Positions 36,290 through 48,558 of a stretch of DNA of 64,000 bases are shown here, one piece after another (positions within the stretch are counted from its first letter, which is position 1; the number at the start of each line of letters is the position of its first letter). Below the pieces are notes generated by a model. That model did no database searches. It saw nothing but the letters and a program-made list of their open reading frames with translations, and had not been told where the DNA came from. Both the position numbers and the translations under genes were made by a program. Origin of the DNA: Bugula neritina (lineage: Eukaryota > Animalia > Bryozoa); assembly GCA_964035545.1 (NCBI GenBank), contig OZ037766.1:13506722-13570721 (forward strand), in the 5' to 3' direction.

Positions 36290-39169
36290 AATTTGAAGTC
36301 AAATGAATAATAGATAATGGTTAATAGCTATGATAATAAATAGTTATGCTTATAGGCCTTATACTATTATAAATATGTAATACTTGACTACTTGTTATTG
36401 TAATTGTAAAATGTAATTTCTCATCACTCATCACTGTGACCATTGTAATTGAAACCAAGTAGTAAGTTGCTGGAAGCAGCACAGAGTGGGGGTCACTGAG
36501 TGCTTAGTTTTGGGTCTGTTCTGGGTGTTGGTTGTTTTAAGTTCAGATTTAATATAGAAACCTGCACTTAATCACCTCCGACTACTGGCTGCTTCTAGCA
36601 ACACTTAATCGAGTAATTTGCTATCAAAAATAGCATAGGATCTATGAGATTCATTTTCTTCAGAACGCGTCATCACGGCAATGATATTATTATGAAGTTA
36701 ACTTGAACCACTGGACTAGTATTTTCCAGTTCATTGGCTTGAAAATTTTACCGCAAAGGTTAACTTCCTCGAATCCATTTATAGCAAAAGGAAAAACTTA
36801 GCTTTAGGAGATTTTCTAGAAATGAGAATGATTATAATGACTGTAAAATTAAATGCATCTTTACAGTTTATAGTTTTAAGATAATTATTATAAATAATAG
36901 TGTACAGTATTTATAATTACCTAAACGCCTATACTATGTATATATTTATTATATATAGTATTTATTTAGATATTTATTAACTTTAAGTATTAAGTTTAAC
37001 TATACTTCTCTCTCTGACTCTTGCACAAGTTGACTTTGCAGTTGCAGTCAGTGTCCGTCGATGCAACTATCACTATGACTGTTTCATGGATTTGGCTTGA
37101 ATTTGGTTGCAGTTCTCTACGCAACTCTGTTGTCAGTCGCCTGTTGCCAGGAACTTAAGTTGATTGATCCCCACATCTTATTTCCCTTAGCAACATCTTT
37201 AAAGCTGAGTCTAGGCCTCCCTCTAGAGTCGGGATACTCCATAAGCATAACTCATAAGAATAATTCTGAGCCTCCTGTCAGTGTAAAGGTCTCAGACCTT
37301 AGTGTGACTGTGAGTTTCTGCAGCATCCATTTTGATTTACTCTTAGTCTTAGTGATAGTCTTATATCTTTTGAGTTTGAGTTTCACCTAGATCCACCATT
37401 TCCTCTACTTCCTATTCTGATTTTTAAGTATAATATTACTGTTAATTATCATTATGATTATGACAATAGCTAATGAGTATTTTAATGGTGCTTTAATTAA
37501 TCATTATTATTTATAATTGTTGATAATACTAATAGTAATACTAATAGTTCGGTATACTTATCGTTATAGTAATAGTAATACTTATAGGAATTAAAATCAG
37601 TAACAATAACTTTATTTGATTGTTTAATTGTTGAATTAATCTTCTGCGCTGTCTGAGTTTAAAATATTTAAGTAAGATCATTTTCAACTTTAATAAATTT
37701 AAATTAATTATTAATCATTAGCAATTAATTATTAATACTCAATGTCATTATTATTGTAAGTAGGTTATAACTTAACCCGTAAGACAGTGAGTGGTTACTA
37801 TCACTATGAATATTTCTATTAGTATAAGAAGTACTATTAACATGAGAAATACTTTGTCTTGAATCTGATATTAATATTCATAGAGTGTATTTTATGCAAT
37901 TCTAGTCTTAAGCGTATACTTAATCTTATAGTTATTAAGTCATAAGTTATACATCATGACTAATACTTGTTACTTGTGAGTCTGACGTACATAAGCAGCG
38001 TATGTAACAGAAACTACCAATACAACTAAGAGTGATGTGAATTTTATTTTTATACTCATACCCAGTGTTGCTGGTGCTTACAAATTTAGAGTAAGTTACT
38101 AAAAAGCAAGTGCAGTAATTGAGAAAATAGGAAAAGTCTGTTATAGATAAGAAATGTATCATCAAAAAAGCTGATGTTCTAACAAGAGTTAAAACCCATG
38201 TCCAACTAAAATGCATAAAAAACTTAAAGAACTTTGGCTAATAAATTGTTTCTTTTACTGCACTTAGACAGTTACTAATTGACTCTTGTATGGAGTTCAC
38301 ATAGACTCAAAGTTGTACCATCAGTATTACTACTGCTGAACCCATTGTACAGCATTGTATGATGTTAAAGTTTACATCATATTACAAATTATAATCTATT
38401 CACACGAAAGAGCATGCACAGAGATTATTCAATTTGTTTCACTGTAGCAGTTTTAAGCAGGCTAAAGCTTAACTGTTCTACAACTTTAAGGTCCATACAG
38501 GGTTTTGACATTACTGTAACAGATGCAACCGATCCACGGCAAGACAATTTATTTTTTGACATTTTATGTGCTAAAAAATTGCTTTGCAAAATTTAGTTAT
38601 ACTGGTAGGGCTAGCATTAGATGAGCTATTTGCTGGAGTATTATCCATACCTTTTTAAATCTTTTACTTTTTGGTTTTAAATAAATAGCATAATCATGTT
38701 TTACTTCGCAAATTCCTACACTCTTCTTTGTAATAAGTGTTAAAAAGCTGAGTCTGTGTGATCTGGTAAATTCCAGAGTCCACCTAACCTCCCATCTCCC
38801 TTAATGCTTTGGACACATTTTCTAAGTGATAGTCAAATTGAAGTCTTGTTGTATTGGTTTTATTACTTAAGATGTGATAACTTTTTTCCACTTTTCTTTG
38901 GTTAGTAATTGTGAATATCTAAACTACTATAATTATTAAATTTATTAAAAAAAGTATATATAACATATTTGTATAGCTTGACTTCAAAAACAGTAAAGAT
39001 TTTTGCATGTTAAATACCAGCAAGCGTATGCTAATATTTTTTTATAATTCTATATAAAAGTTTTGAAAAATCTATATATATAATTTGTTGTTAGATAAAA
39101 CAATATTTCATTATAACTACAAGCGATTGTTACTAAACAGTTGTATATTCTCTAAACTTGTAGCTAAAA

Positions 39170-42100
39170 ATGCAGGCAAGAACTCTCTGGTCCTTGTCAG
39201 TCAAGGTGAGTCAATAAATTTTCAATTTTGTAATTTTACTCAACTAGTTCTCAAATCTTTTAATGTTTTTATTCAACATTTATATACAGGAAATTTTGAG
39301 TGTTTGCATGAACTCAAGCTTGCATCAGTGTAGTCTGTTGACTTTTTCATTTTATTATTTAGAGTAAAACTGCCACTTCTACAGCTGGTGTCAGTTGTGT
39401 ATGGAATCGTTGCAAAAGGTATGAATTATTTTGAATATATAAAATTTTGGCCTCTCATAAACCTAATTTCTGTGTAAACTCCATAAAATGCTGCACTGGA
39501 GAAGATTTACAGCTTAGCTCACTGCATATATTTATTCTTTTTGATAATACCAATTAGTCAGGGACAACTTCAAAATTTCACATGACATAATTATGAACCT
39601 CATATAATTAAAATCAAGCAGGAGTATAGAGTTTGTAATGTGTTTAATTTATACTACTGCAAATGTTCATACTTGAATAGAGTGTAGTAATTATTATAGT
39701 TATAGCTTTGATGATCACTGTAACCGGAAATTTTTGTTTGGAGTTGCGTATTCTACCAGCAGAGATAGCAGTTGGCTTTTTTCTAAAGAGAATTGTTAAT
39801 TGGAGTGTTTTCCTAACTAGGAAAACGCTCAATTAACTGGCCATATTCCTAGTTACTATGCACATTCATCCTTGCAGAGGTGCCAATTGCAATATCCTCT
39901 AGTAGAGATGCCAATCGCAATTCCTGCTAGTAGGATCTGTGATTCTCCTAGTAACTATGCCGACTCATTCTAGAAGAGATGCCAATTGCATTCTCTCCTA
40001 GTGAAGATTTCAATTGCAATCTCTGCTAGTGGAGATGCCAATTGCAATCTCTCCCAGTAGGATCTGTAATTTTCCTAGTAACTATGCCAAAACATCCTAG
40101 AAGAGATGCCAATTGCATTCTCCCCTAGTGGCGATGCCAATTGGAAACGCAACTAGGAGAATAACTTATATGTGATCAACTTATTTAATTGATTTTGACC
40201 AAAATTATGCAAAGTTTACATCAACTGAGGTGAAAGGAATTTTTTTACCTTGGTTGATTGAAACCAGTTCGATTTCAAAAATAAAACTTGAAAAAAATGT
40301 ATTTTGCTTTCAACATAAATATAAAATAGCGTGTTGCTTATGATTAGTTTAATGGGTATATTTGAGGTTAGTTTTTCTTTACTTAGTGATTTCCTCCACG
40401 AGAGCATCGTGCCCACCGACCACTTTCAAAAAAGTTTACCTCGTCTACCCATTCCTGAATTGGAGAAGACCTGCTCCAGATATCTTGATACACAAAAAGC
40501 ATTCCTGTCAGATGAGAAGTTTCAACAGACTAAGCTGTACACCGAAATGTTTGAAAAAGAGATTGGAAAAGGTAGATATTGTATATACATACATACATAC
40601 GTACATACATACATACATACGTACGTACGTACGTACATATGGCCATTGTATCTTAATTTGTAAAAGTTTGCAAGAACTTATATAGGACAAATTGTGAAAA
40701 AGTCTTGATGTACATCACAATTTCTGTAAAGATGAAAATAAAGTTTTGTTTCTGTAAGGTAATATGAAAGTAGTGTATTTATACTGTTGTGTGCTAGTTG
40801 TACATCTGCTGGGCAGCTTGCTATAATAAGAGATGGTAGCATTGTGATATACACTGTATGTGACTTAAACATAGTAGTCATTGATCTGATGCAGTTGTGG
40901 TTGTTTGTCTGGCCTGCTATGTATGGGCTTATCATTAGTAAGTTATAAAGGATGACTCTATTGCTTACATACCAGTAATACCATATAAGTTTTAGTTTTA
41001 GTAGTTAATTTTCTTTTTTTTATGCAGGTATTATTTTTTTAAGCTAGCATGTAGGTTAAAATGGGATGGCTCAATGAAAAGTTACATTATTTGATCTTTT
41101 CATATATTGACACTCACCTGTGAAAAAGGCACCACTTATAATCCTTTCAAAGATATTTTCCCAAAATTGAATTATTTTTGAGCTTCATTAGGTTTGGCCT
41201 TTTTGTGTTTTAGATTTGCATTCCAAGCTGGTGTCAATTGATAAGAATAATAAACATACAAGCTATATTACAGGTTAGTATGATCTCTTCGTGGTATTAT
41301 CTTCCCTTACTTTTAATAGCAGTGTGTATTGCAAGCTTGTAAATTTTGTTGAAGAGTATCGAATCTCACACTGAATACTCATATATTACCTTTAGCTTAA
41401 GTTTGCGCACTTAAGTTTCTAACTTGCATTCCTATTACTTTCACATAGTATGTACATATTCTTTAGGACACTGGTTTGACATGTATTTAAAGGACAGAAG
41501 GCCTGTGGTGCTCAATCACAACCCATTTATGTCTTTCAAACCATCCCCTAGACCAGAACTCAATGACCAGGTATGAAGTAATAAAATAGAACTTCATCTA
41601 AGTATTGGTCGATTTGCTGCTCCCACTATTGGCATGTACATTACTCAGTCTTAGTCTCTCTATTCTGTTTGTCTCTTTATCATGCAGAACTGAATCATCC
41701 CCACATGGCATGGCCAATCGGAGCTCCTCATTTATCTCCTCTGTGATGGCATTCAGAACTACTAGTGTGTCTATATGTCTATTCACCATGAGCATGTGTT
41801 TTTGTCCAATGTTCATATGATCGTGTGTGGCAGTGTTCTGTGACTATAATATTATGTTTTGTGTGTATTTTTAGTTGATAAGAGCTACGAACATGGTAAC
41901 GTCGTCCCTTAAATACTGCAAGACTCTCAGAGCAAATGTTCTGGAACCAGAGATATTTCACTTAGATCCTAAGGCTAGTGATACGCTAAAGTTCCGGAAA
42001 TTTGTGAGGTTAGCAGGGCATTCTGGGGCTCATTACAGTTTAGTTTGTTGATATCTACTTAACATAAGTTTTAATTATATATTGCATAAATGCAGATTTT

Positions 42101-45100
42101 AATGAAAAGTTTTTATAATGATCTTTTATATCCTAAACTTCATTACAATACTAAATAATAACTCTAGAATTTGTGAAGTAAGGTTATATACTTCTCTCTC
42201 TGTAGACTGCTACCAAAGTCTCTCTCCTTTTACGGTGCTTACTGGTATAAAGCTTTCCCATTGGATATGAGTCAGTTTTCCAGTCTCTTCAACTCCACCA
42301 GGATCCCACAGTAAGGGCTGTATAAATCTTATCCAACTCTTACCAATTCTGTGCAGTTGCTTACCAATGCTATTTTTATTTTATTAGTTATAATTACTTT
42401 AAAATGTATCTTGTAACTTGGAAGAGTTTCCTTTTTTAGACTCAATTTTGCAATATACTTAATATGATTATATATAATTTAGTTTGTCGTTGGATAATAT
42501 ATTTTAGATGATATAACAGTAGATTTAATTTAATGAATTTTTATACCAAGTTTGCTTAAAAGTAGGTAGTTTGTAATGAAACATATTACATCAGTAGGCT
42601 GTTATATTGGCTTACCTTTACAATAGTTGGTTTGTCAAGTAATGCAGTAAATGCAAATAGTTTGTTGCTATTTGAAAATTTTAACTTTCGAAATGCTTTC
42701 AGCATCTTTTTTAATTCAGATTTGTATTAATTACATAGTGAAGTGTAAAGTACTATCAAGCTAAATTAATATATAATTTTTCCTGGAATAAATTTAACTG
42801 TTTTTATTAGCTATCTGTTACTGGTGTTGTCATTTATTAATTATAGTTTGAAAAAATAATGTTTTCAATTTATTAAATTTAAGTCAAGTGTAGCATGGTT
42901 TATCTGAAAATTCACATAAAAAGTAACAGACCCATAGATAGACACTGAGTAACATGCTACGTTATTCTAACATCTTACATCTGTATCTTTTATTTCATAC
43001 CAGGCAAGGCAAAGATAAACTCTACAAGAATGAAAAAGCTAAGCATTTGTTAGTGTTCAGGAATGGTAACATGTATGTCTTTGACTGCCTCAATGATAAT
43101 GGTGAGTCAAGACTTATTGCTTTGGCACATGAGATGTATTACTTACAGTGTATATACTCTATTGTGTGCTCTTTTCAAGCCTATACTCTATTTATGTCTA
43201 TAGTGTTCCAGCATAGATATGTACCTTGGTTGTACATGCTGTGTATATCATACATTGGCTACTTGCAGGAGATATCTTGCCAACGTCACAAATTATGTCT
43301 AACCTCAAGTACATTCTGGAGGACCAATGTGATAGACCCTCTCACCCTATTGGCTACTTGCCAACACAAGATAGAGATGTGTGGGCCCAAGCCAGGCAGC
43401 ATCTGATAGAGAATGGTAAAGTGTTATACGAGTCAGTCAAGGTGTGGCGAGTTAGTCACCATAGATAAAACAGTTCCTGTCCTCATTGCAGAGTGTTATA
43501 CTAGAAACCTGAATATCTTTTATTTTTAGTTTTAGAGAACTTGTTTTTTTCAGTGCATTTTATGGTTTTAGCGGTTATATAAAGTGTTTAAAGTTAAAAT
43601 AAATAAAAATTTAAATGAGCCCATTTTGTGACTCCATTGCACAACACACACCACACTGCACACAATATTTAATTGTTTTGATGATGTGTTACTAGGCAAC
43701 AGCATGGAACTTGATTTGGTGGACACAGCACTGTTTGCTCTATCTCTTGACAATGTACATGCTGACGATCTAGCTGACTTGTCCAAACAGTATCTCTATG
43801 GAGATGCTGCTAATCGGTACGTCATACTTTTATTATGTTGGTCTTTTTGGTCATTTTTATATATGCTTACACCACATGCTAAAGTAGTACTAGCTGTTAG
43901 GTATTATATTTATATTGTATATTCTAATATTCTGTATATGCTATGCTACTGGCTAACACATTGCTACTAATAATTTTACTGTTAGTTGTGTTGCTACTTG
44001 TCTCAGGACTGGACTACATTGCTGCTATTAATACTTACTGTTGCCACATATAACAATAATATCCTGCAACTTGCTATTATACAAGTTGCAGTGGTAGAAT
44101 GTGGTGTACTGCTAGTAGTACTCATATCCTGGAACTTTACCTGTCATATGTGTATTATTACTATTTGCTATATGTTGCTATTGGGTCACTAATACTTTTA
44201 GTTTATTACTATTTTTTGTTATCTAGTTTCTATGCATAACAAAATATAATCACTATTAATAATGCATGTAAGCTACTGCAGAGATACCTGACTGGTTGTA
44301 TGGACAGAAGTTGCTACTTTCTTGCAATCTGTTGGTTTTCCTACCATCACTGCAAATCATTCTTAGCCTCGAGTCCTATTTTACTTAATTAATTATGTAC
44401 TTCACTGGTTATCTAACTATTCAGCCAACCTTAGCATGAATCGAGAACAAAGAACTGAATCTAGCTTCTAAGCTCCGACAGTGATTACTAATCTGAACCT
44501 TGGAACAAACCTTCGCTGGCTTTGATGCACCAAAATCCAGTTCTTATTGCCTTAGTTTTAATATCCTGATTTCTTGTGGTCCTGTTAATGTTAATGATTG
44601 CCCTTCATGGGCTGATTTGGTGCAGGTGGTGTGACAAGAGCCTGTCCCTGCTGATTACCCCTAAGGGGGAGGCTTGTGTGAACTTTGAACACTCCTGGGG
44701 AGACGGAGTAGCTGTCATGAGTTACTTCAATGCTATTTACGCTGACTCTAACGATAACCCAGTCACCAGTTCACACGCTGACGCCAATGCAGCACCTCAA
44801 GTCAAGAAGCTAGGTAAATAGGTTAGACATGTTGTGACATGTCATACGAGGCAATTTTTGAGTTTAAAGAATCTTCCATGGCTAGTGATGAGCAATTGTT
44901 CTCAATTATTTTTTTTAACCTTTTGCTGGTTACCAATCACAGATTTAGGAGTTTTCTACACTTTGTGTTTTCATATGCTGTCTAAGTTCATGTAGATGAA
45001 ATGTAGAGATGTTTTCATGCTGTTCTGTAGAGTTCTCTCTAAATGCCACCAACAAGGCAGACATTGATGCTGCTAAAGCTAAACACGACGAAGCTACCAG

Positions 45101-47637
45101 TAAACTGTGCCTTGACTTTTTGGAGTATGAAGGACTGGGGAAAAACAGCTTGAAGCCTTTGAAGCTGAGCCCTGATTCCATTATGCAATTATCATTTCAG
45201 GTTTGAACAGCCAAGTTTTACATTTTGTTTTGATTAGAGTTAGATAAGTTTTGAGGGGAAGGAAAGATCTGTAGCCCCCCCCCCCCTCCTAATTTGTCTT
45301 CTGATAAGCAGGAACTTTTAAACAGGGCTTGTTTCTATTTAATATTACTAAACTTTTTAAAGCTCAATTATTTTATTGAAAATTATTCTTATCTTTAAAA
45401 CATATAGTGCATTATCTCACCCAATATTTTATCCTTTAAAAGCCCTATATTGTATAGTAATACAATATATTGTATTACTATCTAAACAAGCAAATATTGT
45501 TACTAACAAGCAATAAACTGTGATTTTCATTTGTGACCACTAATATGTTTTGATTTCTGTACATCTTCCTTTTTATATTTTGTTGCTGTATTGCAGCCCT
45601 TTTACTGTAAAACCACAATTTAATTTTTAGACCCTCGTTTTCTCATCTGTTATATTTTTTAATTATGCACATAGTGGAAGGCTGGTTGACATAATTATTC
45701 ACTTTATAAGCTTATAGATAAACAAACTTACTATCTATAAACTTCATGCAATATTGACTAACAGCTCTAACACAAGTTTTATCACACGTTTAATATTGAA
45801 ATTGATATAATAAAACTGTCAAATCAGCAGTCTAAATCATTACAATAGTTTAGTATGGAAAGTTATTATAATTCAACTATCCATTCGAAATTTAAATCAT
45901 TGTAATAGAAATACTCACAACTCATAAATTCTTGCTTTTAGATGGCTTATAAAAAAGCCTACGGATCAACTCCTGCCACGTATGAGTCAAGTAGTACATC
46001 TGCCTTCAAACATGGCCGAACTGAAACAGTGCGCCCCGCTACTCTGGCCACAAATGCGGCCTGTGAGCTGCTGGCCAAAGACTCTTCTAGAGATGAGATT
46101 CTCGCAGCACTGTCTGAATGCTCCAAAGTACACGGCAACTTGACCAGAAATGCTGCTATGGGTTTGTTCTGATTTATTCTGTTTATTACTAGCAACACCA
46201 TGTAAATCTCTAGAGAATTTGAGATACAAACATAGCAATGTAGTCTATTGACCTAAATATGTATGAAAGAAGTTTTTTTGTAAATAATAGTTCTAAAGTT
46301 ATGCCTACCATTCGAGAAGTTTTCCTCAGTGGCTATTTTTTATTATTATCCATACTTTAATATTGTTGAAAGTTTCCATAAAGCAAACAAAGGATTTATA
46401 ATATTCCGTAGTCTTTATATGTTTTGCCTGTGATGCATATGAATTTCAGATTTTCAATAAGTTAGGAAGCATGAACATTGTTATTTTGCTCTTTTCTCTC
46501 TCACTGCATCACATCTTATTTCTCACATGATTTGTTGCTAAGGTCAAGGATGGGACAGACATCTCTTTGCTCTGCGTCTGCTGGCAGAGTCGGAAGGTTT
46601 AGATGTTCCACTATACAGTGATGAGTCATACCGCCAAATCAATACAATCACTCTTTCAACTTCAACTTTGAGTAGCCCTGCAGTAGCTGCCGGTGGTTTT
46701 GCACCAGTAGTACCTCACGGACTTGGAGTTGGTAAGTTATTGTGCTAATTAAGTTCTAATATATCTTTATATGACCATCACATGAAATATCAATTAAAAT
46801 TATTGTTCCGAAGTTTTGCTAAACTGTACTAAAAATTATGAATCATCATCACCTTTAGTTTCAGTGACTCACTCGTTGTACTCTGCTTAAGAAAACAATA
46901 ACATGCTTTGACCAAGTCCTGTGCTGTTTACTGTGAAAGTTATGTGAAATTGACTAACTATTCCACATCTAATATCTTGCGACTGTTATATCATCAATCA
47001 GGTGTAAATAGTGCAGTTCTGATCAGTGATTTCATAAATTTTTAGTCTTCCATTGGAATATTTAGTTTTTTATCAGTTTTTTTTCTAGAAAGTACTATTG
47101 TTAGTTGTCAGCAAGTTTGGCGGGCTATTCACGTTCTCATAGCTTGAGTGGGTGATTAAAATGTTTAATTCCCCTGTAATTGTTACAGTTAGGTGGACCT
47201 TCCTTCTGTTTGTACAGTGGTGTTATTGTGCTCTTTTTCTAAATTGTTGGTAGGCTATGCCTTTTTTGGATTTCTGATAAAATCGATTGCCTCATTGTGT
47301 GTTATAGTGTTTTAAAAAGCTCTATTAAAATTTTCTTTAGACCAGTAGCTTTATTAGCCATCTTTTCCTCATTGTTGCTTGAGCTTCTGTGTTGTTGTTG
47401 TTTCAAAGATGCTAAATTGCTCTCACTCTGTTATCTTAAGTTTCCACTTTATGGCAGTATAGCTATAGTATAGCCATGTAGTACTAATAGTTGGAGTTTT
47501 CCTCTACAGGTTACGGTATACATGATGATAGACTTGGAGCTGTAGTTACTACATACAAGCCACACAACTCACCATCTGATTTCTTGTCAGCTCTTAAAGA
47601 GTCAGTCGAACAACTTCATGCAGTAGTTAAATCCTAA
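39170..47637 (+). CDS. CPT2: Carnitine O-palmitoyltransferase 2, mitochondrial, 15 coding exons
   Basis: Exons 39170-39205, 39363-39418, 40387-40571, 41214-41273, 41467-41570, 41875-42008, 42206-42310, 43004-43101, 43269-43415, 43696-43816, 44626-44813, 45031-45200, 45942-46161, 46543-46731 and 47510-47637. Motifs: [32 protein letters not shown], catalytic [58 protein letters not shown]. The N-terminus resembles a transit peptide. Confidence 0.95.
39742..40154. repeat. Foldback-like / minisatellite element in CPT2 intron 2
   Basis: About 27-bp units (AGAGATGCCAATTGCAATCTCTCCTAGT variants) with a ~127-bp higher-order period, inverted units on the left, an internal palindrome GAGTGTTTTCCTA-AC-TAGGAAAACGCTC, and end motifs AGTTGCGT/ACGCAACT. 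Confidence 0.7.
40586..40638. repeat. (TACA/TACG)n microsatellite in CPT2 intron 3
   Basis: Tetramer repeat visible directly. Confidence 0.9.
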
Positions 47638-48558
47638 CTGACAATCACTAATTTGACTATGTCATCTGAGGGTCGTCACTTTGAAGTTACAGCTTCTTAG
47701 TAATTTTTAAAAAGCTTCTTCATTTTTTTGTTTTGTCAATCGGAAAAATTGTATGTATTGAAAATCTGTTGAATTTAAAGATATTCTTTACAAATTCATT
47801 TTATAATTTATTGTAGAAACAAAACTGAAAGTCTTTAATATCTACATGTTATAATACAATATTCAAGTTATTGATACTACTAAGTCATTGGCATGAGTCA
47901 TGTTCATCACTTGGAATTTTGTTATTTAGTTTTTTTATGATTTGATCTTAGTCTTGATTTTAAATGTCGACTTCCATAGTTTTCTATTACTTAATTTTAA
48001 GGTATTATTCTTTGAATTATCTTATGTGTTTGAAGATAGCCACTATTTTTGCACTTCATCTTCACTGAAAGTTAGAAAAACTCCTGTCTTCTTTTTTTCT
48101 ATGTTATGTGAACAATTATATATTTACTATCTACTAGTAGCTTATCATAGGTTTTCTTCAATGTAAGTTTAATGTTTGCTAACTAATTAGTAATAAATGT
48201 CTACAAATACTTGCATTTTGCTTTAGGATTATGTAAAAATACTGTTGTGTATTACAATACCCTTCCTCCAATTCACCTCTTAAAGAGTAACAATTTAAAA
48301 ATTGTTAAATACCATTCAAATAGAATTATTCTAAACGTAAAGTGAAATTTTTGTAGCACTCCTTTACTCATACATAAAGGCGTTGTGTGTTTATAAACTT
48401 GCAAGAACTGTAGTTATCTAAATTGTAGTCTGCAACAAAGAAAGTATCAATGCACTTGAGTTCAACAATGGTTTATTTCTGCCAGTATTCAGATTGATGA
48501 CTCTAAACTCTAACAGTATTTTCTCTACTCTCTGTTCACAGGATTTGTTTATAACACC

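Noticed and set aside
37097-37390. 97-aa ORF with signal-peptide-like and TM-like ends
   Set aside because: It starts at TTG, and the hydrophobic tail comes from the T-rich hexamer-periodic tract; no other support.
39840-40154. CRISPR-like repeat array
   Set aside because: Eukaryotic intron, degenerate adjacent units, no unique spacers and no cas genes.
44290-44510. Possible old SINE remnant in a CPT2 intron
   Set aside because: Only vague resemblance to SINE core domains; no boxes, tail or second copy that I could verify.
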